A stretch of 53,129 nucleotides of DNA, from NCBI RefSeq assembly GCF_006345805.1, contig NW_021833889.1, positions 1 through 53,129 on the forward strand, read 5' to 3'. Within the stretch, counting starts at the first letter, position 1; every line of letters begins with the position of its first letter. The stretch is from Octopus sinensis (taxonomy: Eukaryota). Of the stretch, positions 1 through 11,325 are shown piece after piece. The notes below the pieces were generated by a model. It saw nothing but the letters and a program-made list of their open reading frames with translations. It had not been told where the DNA came from and ran no database searches. The position numbers were made by a program, and so were the translations under genes.

Positions 1-91
1 AGTAATTATTGGGGTCGATGCAACCGACTAACTCCATCCCTCAAAATTTCAATCATTGTATCTATTGTAAAAAAAAATGTTTATTATTAAA

Positions 92-268
92 GCGACTGAA
101 TCTTTGGTACGTTGGGAAAGATTCTGAGTAGCATCTCGTCCGAGTGTACGGGATCGACTTTGCTTTTCGGAATCGATAAAATAAGTACCAGTTGAGTACT
201 GGTGCTGACAGAATCGCCTAGTTCAACTTCCCACCAAATCTGGCCTTGGGCCTATACCCAAAAGAATT
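92..268 (+). mobile_element. Degenerate tRNA-derived SINE, family A (a tail fragment also lies at 1-75)
   Basis: Body 'gatcgactttgcttttcggaatcgataaaataagtaccagttgagtactgg' and tail 'ggccttgggcct' match the better family-A copies at 6851-7246 and 39012-39216. Confidence 0.6.
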
Positions 269-756
269 ATTTGTAACTGGAACAGCAGAGATCTGACAGA
301 ATCGTTAGAGCTTTGTAGTAATTCTACCAATTCTTCGCGCTCCCATTTCGAGTCTTGCCAAGGCAAAACTTCTCAACAGCCTTTTGGGGTTTGATGACGG
401 CAAATTCTCCCCCCCCCCCCCCCCATCATAAAATTGTTAGTTTCCAGCCTAAATCGTTCGAATTTTCTAAAAGTAAAATCTAATTGTGGAAATCTTCAGC
501 AAGACCGATAAAAAAAAATCTGTGAAAGATTTAAATAATTCCTTTGGTCAACGCAAAAAAGGACAAAACGAGATCCACCAACGAATCGAACATGAATAAT
601 AAGAACCTAAACTGGTCTCTTTTTGAATGTATGGAAGCCTCTAAATTGCTCAGCCGATTTACTTTTGAATTGATGAAGGCAGAAACTTACATAGGTGCGA
701 GAGCATTAATAAATATAGATTTGTTTGTATGTGTATACACATAAATCTTCGCTTAT

Positions 757-795
757 ATATATATATATATGTATGAAATTATATATATATATATA

Positions 796-832
<37 letters not shown>

Positions 833-993
833 CTGTGTGTGTGTGAATGTATACATATATATTTGTATTACAACATATATTCATACGTGTTTATATATAT
901 TTGCCTATATATATATACACACACATGTAAGAGTTTATATATAGAGGTGTATATTTATATATAAGTGTATATACATATATGTATGTGTATGCC

Positions 994-1031
<38 letters not shown>

Positions 1032-1032
1032 A

Positions 1033-1075
<43 letters not shown>
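757..1075. repeat. Compound (TA)n/(TG)n/(CA)n microsatellite
   Basis: Directly visible. Confidence 0.95.
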
Positions 1076-1077
<2 letters not shown>

Positions 1078-1399
1078 GGGTGGGTGTTTATGTATATGTG
1101 TACGTATGTGTCTCATTTCATCTCAGGTTCTCGCTTGTCAATGCTTCTCGGTCTCCATTCCTCTCCATTCCTATCTTTCAATCACGTGTCCATTGTCACA
1201 GGTGAGAGGAATCGGTTGAATTTCACGATAATATTATTATTGACGACAGCAGCCATTGTCAGCGCTTCTCAATAATTCCACTGAGCTGTTGTGTGTCGGA
1301 AACGAACCCCCGTCACTGCGATGATAAATCAAACAGCACTGGTGCTGATTGTCTATACATGTTGACAGCTAGGCTTTCATGTGAATACGGTACTGCATG

Positions 1400-1406
1400 T
1401 AGCAGT

Positions 1407-1465
<59 letters not shown>

Positions 1466-1532
1466 AGTTAGTGTTGTTGTTGGCGGCGGCGGCGGCGGTG
1501 GTGGTGGTGGTATTATGGCGGCGGCGGCGGAA
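1400..1532. repeat. Compound trinucleotide repeat (AGC)n-(AGT)n-(GTT)n-(GGC)n-(GGT)n-(GGC)n
   Basis: Directly visible. Confidence 0.95.
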
Positions 1533-1592
1533 ACGGTATTCAAGTGATGATAGTAGCTATGAGGGAAACTGCGTGATTGTGTAATACATACA

Positions 1593-1677
1593 CAGAAAGA
1601 TAGAGAGAGAGAGAGAGATACAAAGAGAGAGGGAGACACAAATAGATAGATAGACAGGCAGACATACATACATACAT

Positions 1678-1714
<37 letters not shown>

Positions 1715-1770
1715 TAGACCGACAGACAGACAGACAGATAGACCGACAGATAGACCGACAGACAGACAGG
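1593..1770. repeat. (AG)n/(TAGA)n/(CAGA)n repeat
   Basis: Directly visible. Confidence 0.95.
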
Positions 1771-3214
1771 CATTTTGATACTTTCCTCAAATATTTTTAC
1801 CATGGTTTCATATCTTTGCGTAACTCTCTCCTACCATAATTTCGTTTCTTTCTATGACCATTTTCTATCTTAGCTGTGGATTATCCAAAATCTCGTGACT
1901 GAAATTCCACAGGTAAAAACTGCAGAAAAGAAGGATATTAATGATATCAGCTCTTGAATTAATCTGATCTTAATCTGTTCATTGGTTGACCCAAACGTCT
2001 GTGATTCGGAGATATTTAACACAGTCCACACTGCTACACACATTAAATCCCGGTGTTGCTTCTGGGGATAGATTCCGCTCGTCATCCCACTGGCCATGAA
2101 ACCCTTACAAATAGTAATGGCACTGCTCCCCCTGCACTCTCCAACACATGAAAAATAATTACTTTACCCAGTAAATCTCACTAAAATACTATTATTTCCG
2201 TATTTATTCTTTATATCTTCAGTCAAATTCGAACGTGAACTCCTCATTTCTGTTATTTCCTCACAGGAGAATTCCCCCTTTACGACGAATATGCGTTCAT
2301 GACACACTCCAGTCAGGAGCGCAAATGTTTCTGGAGCAGCTGATATTTCGACATTGTTGTGTCTCGTCAGTGAGAGGCATCCCCGGACTAATGTATTTGG
2401 CTGCGGTTGAAGCACTTGTTTATAACCTCAGCGAACAATCTGTTTGGTGATTTGTGCTGATATCAGCTAACCGATAATAAATTCTTATACGAACAGGGAG
2501 AATCATAACATATTTCTTGCAGAGAAGCTGTTGTCCTGTGACGAAACAAAACAGCGTTTAGCATAACTATGTAAGTCATCGTCTTGATTCTCGCTGTTCA
2601 CCGTACAAATAACAAATTATTATCATTTTTCAAGTATTAACACCGATCAACAAACAGTTTGTTCGTTGGAATTATAAACATTATCCGTAACTCTTTTATA
2701 TTCATCATTCCAGAGGCGCTTCTGGCTGACGAGCATAAAGATGTGGAAACACTGACAGTAGCTGAGACCCTTGCACTAATGAATGGAATATGTTATAAAC
2801 ACACCTTCGTTGTTCTCATGTGAGGATAGGCAACAGCGATTAGCATATTTAGGTTCAAAGCCGCCGGAATGCATTTAAAGTAAATATGCAGATCATCGTT
2901 GCGACAACCGTTCTTCATCGAGCATGTGACGATTTACTAACGAAAGTAACCCTCTTCAAATACCCACAGCATATTTCCTAACTTCATGTTCTCACCGTTT
3001 TTGTATCATTCTTTTCATCACAAAGTGATTTCCCACGGCTCCTATTTTGTGGTGCAGATTACATATGGCACATTTATTTTATTTTATTCCACATTTTCTT
3101 TTTTTTTCTCTTCTTTGCTATTCTTTGACTTCTCTCTTATTCTAATCGCCATATTAGTTTTGCTCTTTCTGCCGGTCTGCAAACTGGAAATAGAAACTCA
3201 CATGTAAATACAAT

Positions 3215-3625
<411 letters not shown>

Positions 3626-3626
3626 A

Positions 3627-4611
3627 CAGGGTGCGTAAGATATTTGAGGACAGATTTGTGTTTATAAAAAAAACAGATACATAACAGATAATAAATTTAT
3701 CAAAGACTGTTCTGAGGATAAAAATAAACCCTTTTTTTTAATAATTTTATTCAATAAAGCCACCTTCAGCTTCAACAACTGCTTCCATATCAGAGCTAAA
3801 TCCTTTACTTGCTCGAATCAAGTGGTCCTGGTATCATTTTGGACATTACTCTGACTGTGGCAGCTTTCAAAGGATCTTTAGTGTTATGGGTGTATTTATT
3901 GACCTCTATCTCAACAACACTCCACATGTGATAGTCCAATGGATTGAGATCTGGCGAATTAGAAGGCCAAATGTTAAGGGTTACGTGATGATGAAAATTT
4001 TCAGCCGTCCATTCCTGTGTTACTAGAACATTGTGTTATAGTGCAGCGTATGGCTTTCTACTGCATAAACTGTCCAGGGCTTAACAATTATTTCCAGGAC
4101 CTCAATGTAGGTGGCAGAATTAACTCTAAGGCCTAGTGGAAAGAAGTAAGGAGGCATCACATGTCCTTCATTACTGACAACCCCTAAAACTATGACAGTT
4201 GCAGGAAATTTTGTATGTATAACATTCGGAACTTCATAAGGGTCTGCACATAACCATCTGTCATTTCTTCTCTTAACTTCATCAAAACTTTCTTTGTTCG
4301 AGTAAAACAAAATCAGATCTTCTGCTGGATTTTTCATTTTGTTTAAGAGCCTTTTAGATCTGACGCAGTGATTTTCTTTTGCTTTTTCTGACAAATTGAT
4401 CTTTCCTCATCATATAAAACTTATATCTGACGTCTTCGTGGACAACATTTCTGAATGTTCCTTCTGATACACGAAGATCTTCTGCAATTGACCAATGGTC
4501 TGTTGAACTTGTTGGATAAATTCAGGTGTTCTAATTATTTCAGAGTGTTTAGAGTTAGCAAATAATGCAGCAATGACCTAAAAAGGTATCCTCGAATACC
4601 TTACGCATCTG
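3627..4611 (-). mobile_element. Internally deleted maT/DD37D-like Tc1/mariner-superfamily transposon (985 bp)
   Basis: TIRs CAGGGTGCGTAAGATATTTGAGGACA (3627-3652) and TATCCTCGAATACCTTACGCATCTG (4587-4611), both flanked by TA; a transposase remnant lies inside. Confidence 0.9.
3747..4430 (-). pseudogene. Disrupted maT-like transposase
   Basis: Translates to RRNDRWLCADPYEVPNVIHTKFPATVIVLGVVSNEGHVMPP...WPSNSPDLNPLDYHMWSVVE...EGGFIE*; contains frameshifts and a degenerate first Asp motif (FYSNKE). Confidence 0.88.
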
Positions 4612-4706
4612 TATATGTGTGTGTGTATATATATAAATATAGATAGAGAGAGAGGGAAAGAGAGAGCGAGAGATTGAGAGAGGGGTAGATACATACATAT
4701 ATATAC

Positions 4707-4771
<65 letters not shown>

Positions 4772-5265
4772 GAGGTATATATTATAATAGTGCACAACTA
4801 TATAGCATCTGTATACAGACAGATATACACACATTTATATATATATATATATTGTATACACTGTGTAAATATATACATAATGTAATAAGGATATGTAATA
4901 TACTGTATATAATATATATTATATATTGTATATCTCCATATAATATACGCATACATAATACACATTATATATTTATATATATATTCACAATATATATATA
5001 TATATCCACATATATGAATATATGTGTTCATGTTTGTATGTGTTTGTGCGTGCATGTATGTATGAATCTATGTAGATATGTATGTATTAAAATATGTATT
5101 TATAATATATACAGATATATATAGTAATGCATGCTTATGAGTCAATATATGTGTCTATGTATGTGTGTCTGCCTGAACCTACGCATGTACACACACACCA
5201 CACACATATATATATATGTATGTATATATGTATGTATTTACTCATATATATATACATGTATATAT

Positions 5266-5317
<52 letters not shown>

Positions 5318-5330
5318 CATACATATATAC
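4612..5330. repeat. (TA)n/(GA)n/(TG)n microsatellite block
   Basis: Directly visible. Confidence 0.9.
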
Positions 5331-5594
5331 CAACGTAAATACACAATGTTAATTGCTTCTGAGTCTAAGGTTGTCCATCACAATTTTCTTTTGTGCTCCT
5401 CTCTTGTCCTTTGAAGGCGTTCATTACTGTTGTCTCCACAGAGGAACAGTCCTCAATTAGAGAGACACGTCGGCATAGAGGTCAAAGGTGAAGAAAAAGC
5501 CGCTGATGAGCAAAAGGAAAAAGAAGCAGAACGAGTAAGAGGAAAGCAAATACTTTTAACACTGGCTGAAAAATTGCCTTTAGAAAAAAATTTG

Positions 5595-5671
5595 TATATA
5601 TATATGCATATATAAATATGAGGGGAATACATGTATACATACATGTATATATATATATATATACATACATG

Positions 5672-5702
<31 letters not shown>

Positions 5703-5830
5703 GTATGTATGTATGTATGTATGTGTATATATGTGTGTATGTATATATATATATATATACATGCATAAATATGAGTTCATGTGTGTCTGAGTGTGTGAAT
5801 TTATGTCTGTATGTATCTATGTATATGTAG

Positions 5831-5876
<46 letters not shown>

Positions 5877-6008
5877 GTATGTGTGTGTATACATATATAT
5901 ACATATTTATAGATATATATATATATATACACACACACAATGTATATATACGTACATATTCATCAATATATATATATGTATGCATGCGTATACGAATGTA
6001 TTCGTGTG

Positions 6009-6056
<48 letters not shown>

Positions 6057-6073
6057 CATACATACATACATAT

Positions 6074-6113
<40 letters not shown>

Positions 6114-6225
6114 GTTTATATACTGACAAACATGCATACTTAAATACACTATTACATATGCGTATCTATATGTATGTGTATACGTATATACATGTATACG
6201 CATATGCAAAAGTGTACGAATATTA
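5595..6225. repeat. (TA)n/(TATG)n/(CA)n microsatellite block
   Basis: Directly visible. Confidence 0.9.
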
Positions 6226-6779
6226 TGTGTAAGAATTTCGCACTAATACTCTTGTACAACAAAGAACAAAGGCAGGTTAGCCAAAGAGTTAGACGAAAAG
6301 TTTATCGCAAGATGGCTTCCAATGTATCGCCTAATTGTTTAAATAAAAAAGCAGTGGGGATCATATTTCGAAGAGTATTAAATAATAAAGTGTTTCGATA
6401 ATAGAAAGATATACCAAGAAACCGGTAGCGATTGTGTGACACTAAGAAAGAAATTAAAGTAGTTAAGTTGAACGCTGGCCCTTGAACTAAGAGACAGAGG
6501 CAGACAGACAGACAGAGATAACGTGACTGGTAGCAGGTTGGAGATCAAAGAGTACAAAGCATGCTAAGATGAGGAATTAATGACATGGTGAAACATAAAG
6601 TGATCGAGGGGAACCTAGAATTGCACAAAGAATCACAGGAATAAGAGAATAGCCGTTCCCACAGCTAAAATGCAAAATATCAGCATTGATATAAATATGG
6701 CTGAAAGAATAAAATTAGTTTGGTTTTTTTCGATGAAACGTTTAACTCATTGAAAAATAATTGATTAGTATTAAAATTT

Positions 6780-6850
6780 TTTTTTTTCTACTCCAGGCAC
6801 AAGGCCAGAAATTTTGGGGGATGTGGTAACGTTTCTGCCAGCTCGCCGCC
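6780..6850 (-). mobile_element. Internally deleted family-A SINE (head fused to tail)
   Basis: Minus strand reads GGCGGCGAGCTGGCAGAAACGTTA joined directly to ...CCCCCAAAATTTCTGGCCTTGTGCCTGGAGTAGAAAA. Confidence 0.65.
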
Positions 6851-7246
6851 TTTTTTCTTTTCTACTCAAGGCCCGAAATTTTGGGGGCTGGGTTCCAGTC
6901 GATTAGATCTATATCAGTACGCAACTGGTACTTAATTTATCGACCTCAAAAGGATGAAAGGCAAAGTCGACCTCGGCAGAATTTGAAATCAGAACGTAAA
7001 GACAGACGAAATACCTATTTCATTACTATCCACAAGGGGCTAAACACAGAGAGGACAAACAAGGACAGACAAACGGATTAAGTGGATTATATCGACCCCA
7101 GTGCGTAACTGGTACTTAATTTATCGACCCCGAAAGGATGAAAGGCAAAGTTGATCTCGGCGGAATTTGAACTCAGAACGTAACGGCAGACGAAATACCG
7201 CTAAGCATTTCGCCTGGCGTGCTAACGATTCTGCCAGCTCGCCGCC
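6851..7246 (-). mobile_element. Dimeric tRNA-derived SINE, family A
   Basis: A-box-like TGGCAGAATCG and B-box-like GAGTTCAAATTCC in the head; the ~130-bp body occurs twice (about 7085-7200 and 6895-7012). Confidence 0.85.
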
Positions 7247-7403
7247 CATTTATTCTTTAGATATTAAACACGTAATATTATTTGTTTGTCAACTATGCAT
7301 TTTATTCCTCTAAACATTTCGCTCTCAACATTTGGTTTGGCCTCTTAAATTCAGTGTGTATACTTTCTTAATGACTAACGGAATACACACACACACACGC
7401 ACG

Positions 7404-7462
<59 letters not shown>

Positions 7463-7479
7463 GCATATATATATATATC

Positions 7480-8060
7480 GTTGCTATTATGCAAAAGTGT
7501 TGTAAGTCCAAAATGGTGCTTCATCAGAGAGCGAAAAAATAGTTTCACCATTCCATACGAAAACCAATGTACTAAATTTTCACAATTATTGATATCTTGG
7601 CATCTGAAGCAGTTGAAGTTAGTTTGACCAATAGAACCGGCTGTTGCAAACAAAAATGAATATTGAAAAAAAACGCATTTGGCCAAATTTGGATATACGA
7701 TAGTTTAACACTAATATCAACGAAGTTTTATATAAACGAAGTTTTAGAGACAGAAACACCTTCAACTCAATCAACACTGAAAGTTTTTATACCCGACCAC
7801 GCCATAAAATATTAAATCTTATACTAACTGTATCTATTATGAATCCCGTATTTACCGCTTATAAGACTACACGTGTTTTTAATTGAATTGTTAGCCGTAC
7901 GTTACACAACTGTAATTGTAGTTGAAATGTTTAAACTTAAATTTTGAAATTTAATTTAAATGTAACGTCAAATATTTAAGAATAATAATATAAATAATCG
8001 ATATTAAATAATATAAAACGTAACTCTTATGTATCCCGAAATACACGGATGAGAGTCTAA
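7480..8060. repeat. Unclassified dispersed repeat, with a partial inverted copy at 10243-10440
   Basis: 7741-7880 is about 90% identical by eye to the reverse complement of 10243-10382. Confidence 0.55.
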
Positions 8061-8085
8061 AGAAGTAACTTACTAGATTGGAGAA

Positions 8086-9493
8086 GAGGTGGAAATGAAA
8101 GAGCGACCAAAAGGAAGACAAAATGGTGGTGGAGAAAGAAGGTGAAAAATTGGAAAAGTGTGCAAGAATGAGTTACAGAAGGAGGAAACAGTGTTGAAGA
8201 CGCCGGTTAATTCAGCGATGGAGAAAGATTCAGGAGAGCAACTGTACGAGGGTGAAATGGAGAAATTGTTCAGAGTGGAGATAGAAAAGGAAAAGATACC
8301 AAAAGTGGAAGTAGAAAAGAGAAGACCAACGAAAGGAAAAAATGAATGGGGCTTCGTAACATATGCAAAAAACAAAGAGACGGAAAGAAAAATTGTAAAA
8401 TTTAAGCATATCATAAGAGTAAAGTTACCCACGGATATATATTCAGAAAATATAAAGGCCATTGTGGTCGACAAAGGCACATACAAGAGACTAGAAGACA
8501 TGTTTGGAAACAAGATTGACTCGCCCGGAGTGTTGGTGGAATTCATGAACTGCCACCCGTAGTTGAACTCAGAGACGTGGATCTTTATATGAGGTATTAA
8601 AATGGGGGGAAAGAAAGAGTAAGTAAAATTGTTTTGTTGAAAGAAAAAAGAAGGAAAAAGTAAGTGTTTCAATGGGGAAAAAAAGGAAAAAAAAGATGAT
8701 TAAGAAAAAAACAATAAGAAAATAAGAACGATTGTAAATGGTGTGTATAAACGTTCAAATGGTACCGCATGGGAATGGGACCCATGCAACCATTTCATTT
8801 TTTTTTTTTCATTTATATAACATTTCATTCTCATTCGTTTTATGTTTTATATCTCCATTGTGGTGTTGTGTCTGTCCTTGTAGTGCCCCCCTCTGTATTG
8901 TGGCCGTGGTGCCAAATAAAGAAATCCCTGTCATTTATTAGTAGACGAGTTGCTTGTTGATAACGGAGTGTTTTTATCGTGAGATCGTTAAATATTGGTT
9001 TGTTTGTTACTGTTCGATTATTGATATTGTAAATTGTTGTTTTATTATTTTTCCCTTAAGGCAAAAATGGAGAAAACGCCAGCGGGCGACCACAGTTATG
9101 CGGCCGTAACTGGAAAAGGAACAGAAGAGGAATCGTTGGAAATAATTGAAATTAAGGTTGAACCAAGAATAATGAAGGAATGTGAGAAGTTACTGGAGAA
9201 AGAGGAAGATACATTGAAGTCGACGCCACCTGCAGACCTGACAAACGGTGTAACGAGACGAACAGTTACATATGAAACAATGAAAATAGCAACGAGAAGG
9301 ATAGAGATTGCGACAGTGGAGTAGGTCGAAGGGGTTTTGAAGGGCATTAAGGAGCTGACGACATGTATAACAGGAGGAGGGAAGTATTCCACCGTGGGGG
9401 TGCGCTTTGCGACGGAGGAAGGGGCAATTAAACACTTTTGCCGGAGGTGGAAATGAAAGATGCGACCAGAAGGAAGGAAGACAAAATGGTAGT
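8086..9493 (+). mobile_element. Circularly permuted ORF1-only LINE-like unit (3' part followed by 5' part)
   Basis: ORF C-terminal half 8086-8599, 3' UTR, AATAAA at 8915-8920, then a new 5' UTR and ORF start MEKTPAGDHSYAAVTG at 9067; the ends overlap by ~45 bp. Confidence 0.7.
9067..9440 (+). pseudogene. LINE ORF1/Gag-like N-terminal remnant
   Basis: SYAAV motif near the N-terminus; in-frame TAG at 9322-9324, then VEGVLKGIKELTTCITGGGKYSTVGVRFATEEGA (RRM-like strand, inference); deletion or frameshift near 9440. Confidence 0.6.
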
Positions 9494-9727
9494 ACCTATT
9501 TCTTTATTGCCCACAATGGGCTGAACACAGAGGAAACAAACAAGAACAGACAGACGGATTAAGTCGATTATATCGACCCCAGAGCATAACTGGTACTTAA
9601 TTTATCGACCCCGAAAGGATGAAAGGCAAAGTCGCCCTCGGCGGAATTTGAACTCAGAATGCAGCGGCGGATGAAATATCCCTAGGCAGTTCGCCCGGCG
9701 TGCTAACGTTTCTGCCAGCTCGCCGCC
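9494..9727 (-). mobile_element. Family-A SINE monomer with target-site duplication
   Basis: Full head at 9727; flanked by GAAGACAAAATGGTAGTACCT (9477-9497) and GAAGACAAAATCGCAGTACCT (9733-9753). Confidence 0.88.
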
Positions 9728-10242
9728 TGATAGAAGACAAAATCGCAGTACCTCCTATTCATAGGTATTATCAAACGCGGATTTTACCTTATTTGTAAGA
9801 TGTAGTTATGTCTAATTTTCACCGAGGAAAGAAAAGATAAGTTAACATTCGTTTTATTTTCGTCTCTATTTATATTTCATTATTATTTCATATTAGTTTA
9901 TTCGCAAATCTTTATTCTTTATTCGTAACTTTTATCCGCAATTTTTACTCGCATTTTTTTCTGTTTAAATTTTTTTTCCTTAAATGTTTATTTCTTGAAT
10001 TTTTATTCCTTAAATTTTTAATATTCAGTTATTATTATTATTTATTATTTGCATTTTTATTCATTTGTATTTGTCAAGGAAGATTATATTGAAGATATAG
10101 CGTATCATGGTGGTATAATAGAGGTAGGGGTAGTGAAAAATGTTGAGGAACGCAGATCTGAACATTGTGAGTATGTTGACCCGACTAAGTATTAAAACTA
10201 GATACCTCATATATAATCAATACCTACGTGCTTTCATGAAAA

Positions 10243-10440
10243 AAAAACACGTGTAGTCTTATAAACGGTAAATACGGGATTCAGAATACATTTAGTTAGT
10301 ATGAGATTTAATATTTTATGGAGTGGTTGGGTATAAAATCTTTCAGTGTTGAATGAGTTGAAGGTGGTTCTGTCTTTCAAACTGCTTTTATATATACGAA
10401 TTAAACATTGAGGGATGCTCATTTTTGTACATCTAATTTG
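10243..10440. repeat. Partial inverted copy of the 7480-8060 repeat
   Basis: Reverse-complement match to about 7685-7880. Confidence 0.7.
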
Positions 10441-10504
10441 AATGTAGTTATGTATGTATGTATGGATGTATGGATGTATTATGTAAGAATGTATGTATGT
10501 AGAT

Positions 10505-10690
10505 CGCTAGCCACTAAACCTTTTTTTAAATTTTCTCTCTGCTTATTTCTGTGTTCCTTTCTGTCGAAGAGCGTAGGCTCGAAACGTAAAAGACTTTCTC
10601 ACTTCCCGAGCGTTAACAAATACATTTACTTGTTCTTTACACACCCGTCTTCGTCTTTTGTTTTCTTGTTTTTGTAAATTCTCACTGTAT
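10505..10690 (+). mobile_element. Penelope-like terminal (pLTR) fragment
   Basis: Carries a minimal hammerhead motif followed by a T-rich tail; its architecture parallels 14085-14240. Confidence 0.6.
10557..10592 (+). ncRNA. Minimal type I hammerhead-like motif, core CUGUCGA
   Basis: CTTT-CTGTCGA-A-GAGC-GTAG-GCTC-GAA-ACGT-A-AAAG: stem I CTTT/AAAG, stem II GAGC/GCTC, palindromic stem III, GUA site. Confidence 0.7.
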
Positions 10691-11281
10691 ATGTATGCAT
10701 GTCATTATTCAATTTATAGCAAAACAAGACAGTAAAAATACAAATGTATTTTTACTGTCTTGTTTTGCTTTTACTGTCCTGTTCTTGTTACCACTTTTAC
10801 CCCTCCGCAAAAAATCCCAAATTTTATTTAATTTGCTTTGCGGGAAGGACTGTTTCAACGAAGTCGTGTCTCGCCCTTACCTTCGAAACACGGAGTAGAC
10901 GAAGCAGGGGCGGCTGAAGAAGGGGAACTTTCCTTGTGTTGCATGTCTTGTACTCTGTTTTTCCGTTGTTTAAAAAGATGTCCGTTTCCATGGTTTTGTG
11001 TTCGACCTGTTTTTGGTGTCCTGTAGCCATATATGCATGTATATATACATATATATGTAGGTAGTACATATATGTATGTATATATGCATATGTTTTATTT
11101 ATTATTTTGTTATTATATGATCGAACGCCACACATCCACTTCCAAGTAAGTTTTATATATATAAATACATATATATGCATTAATATCATTGTATATTTAT
11201 ATATCATATATATATATAAATTTTTTTCAGAATGAGATAAAAAAACCAAGGCAGTGAAGATTTTAGAACGTTTATAAATAG

Positions 11282-11325
11282 GTCTTACAGCTGTTTCCAG
11301 GATATTATATCCCTTCATCGGAGAC
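11282..11325 (-). ncRNA. Minimal type I hammerhead-like motif, core CCGAUGA
   Basis: GTCT-CCGATGA-A-GGGATA-TAA-TATCCT-G-GAA-ACAGCTGT-A-AGAC. Confidence 0.7.

Noticed and set aside
409-424. 16-nt poly-C (potential G-quadruplex on minus)
   Set aside because: A simple homopolymer with unreliable length and no context
1874-2830. Three-exon + gene model (1874-1912, 2267-2446, 2714-)
   Set aside because: The only open frames are phase 0/0, 2/2 and 1, which cannot be joined
7085-7246. tRNA-like heads (A/B boxes) as tRNA genes
   Set aside because: No cloverleaf; they are heads of multi-copy SINEs
8073-8672. 199-aa minus-strand ORF
   Set aside because: Antisense shadow of the purine-rich + strand ORF1 remnant
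10870-10925. GAAA…CTGAAGA as a type II hammerhead
   Set aside because: Stem I cannot be closed
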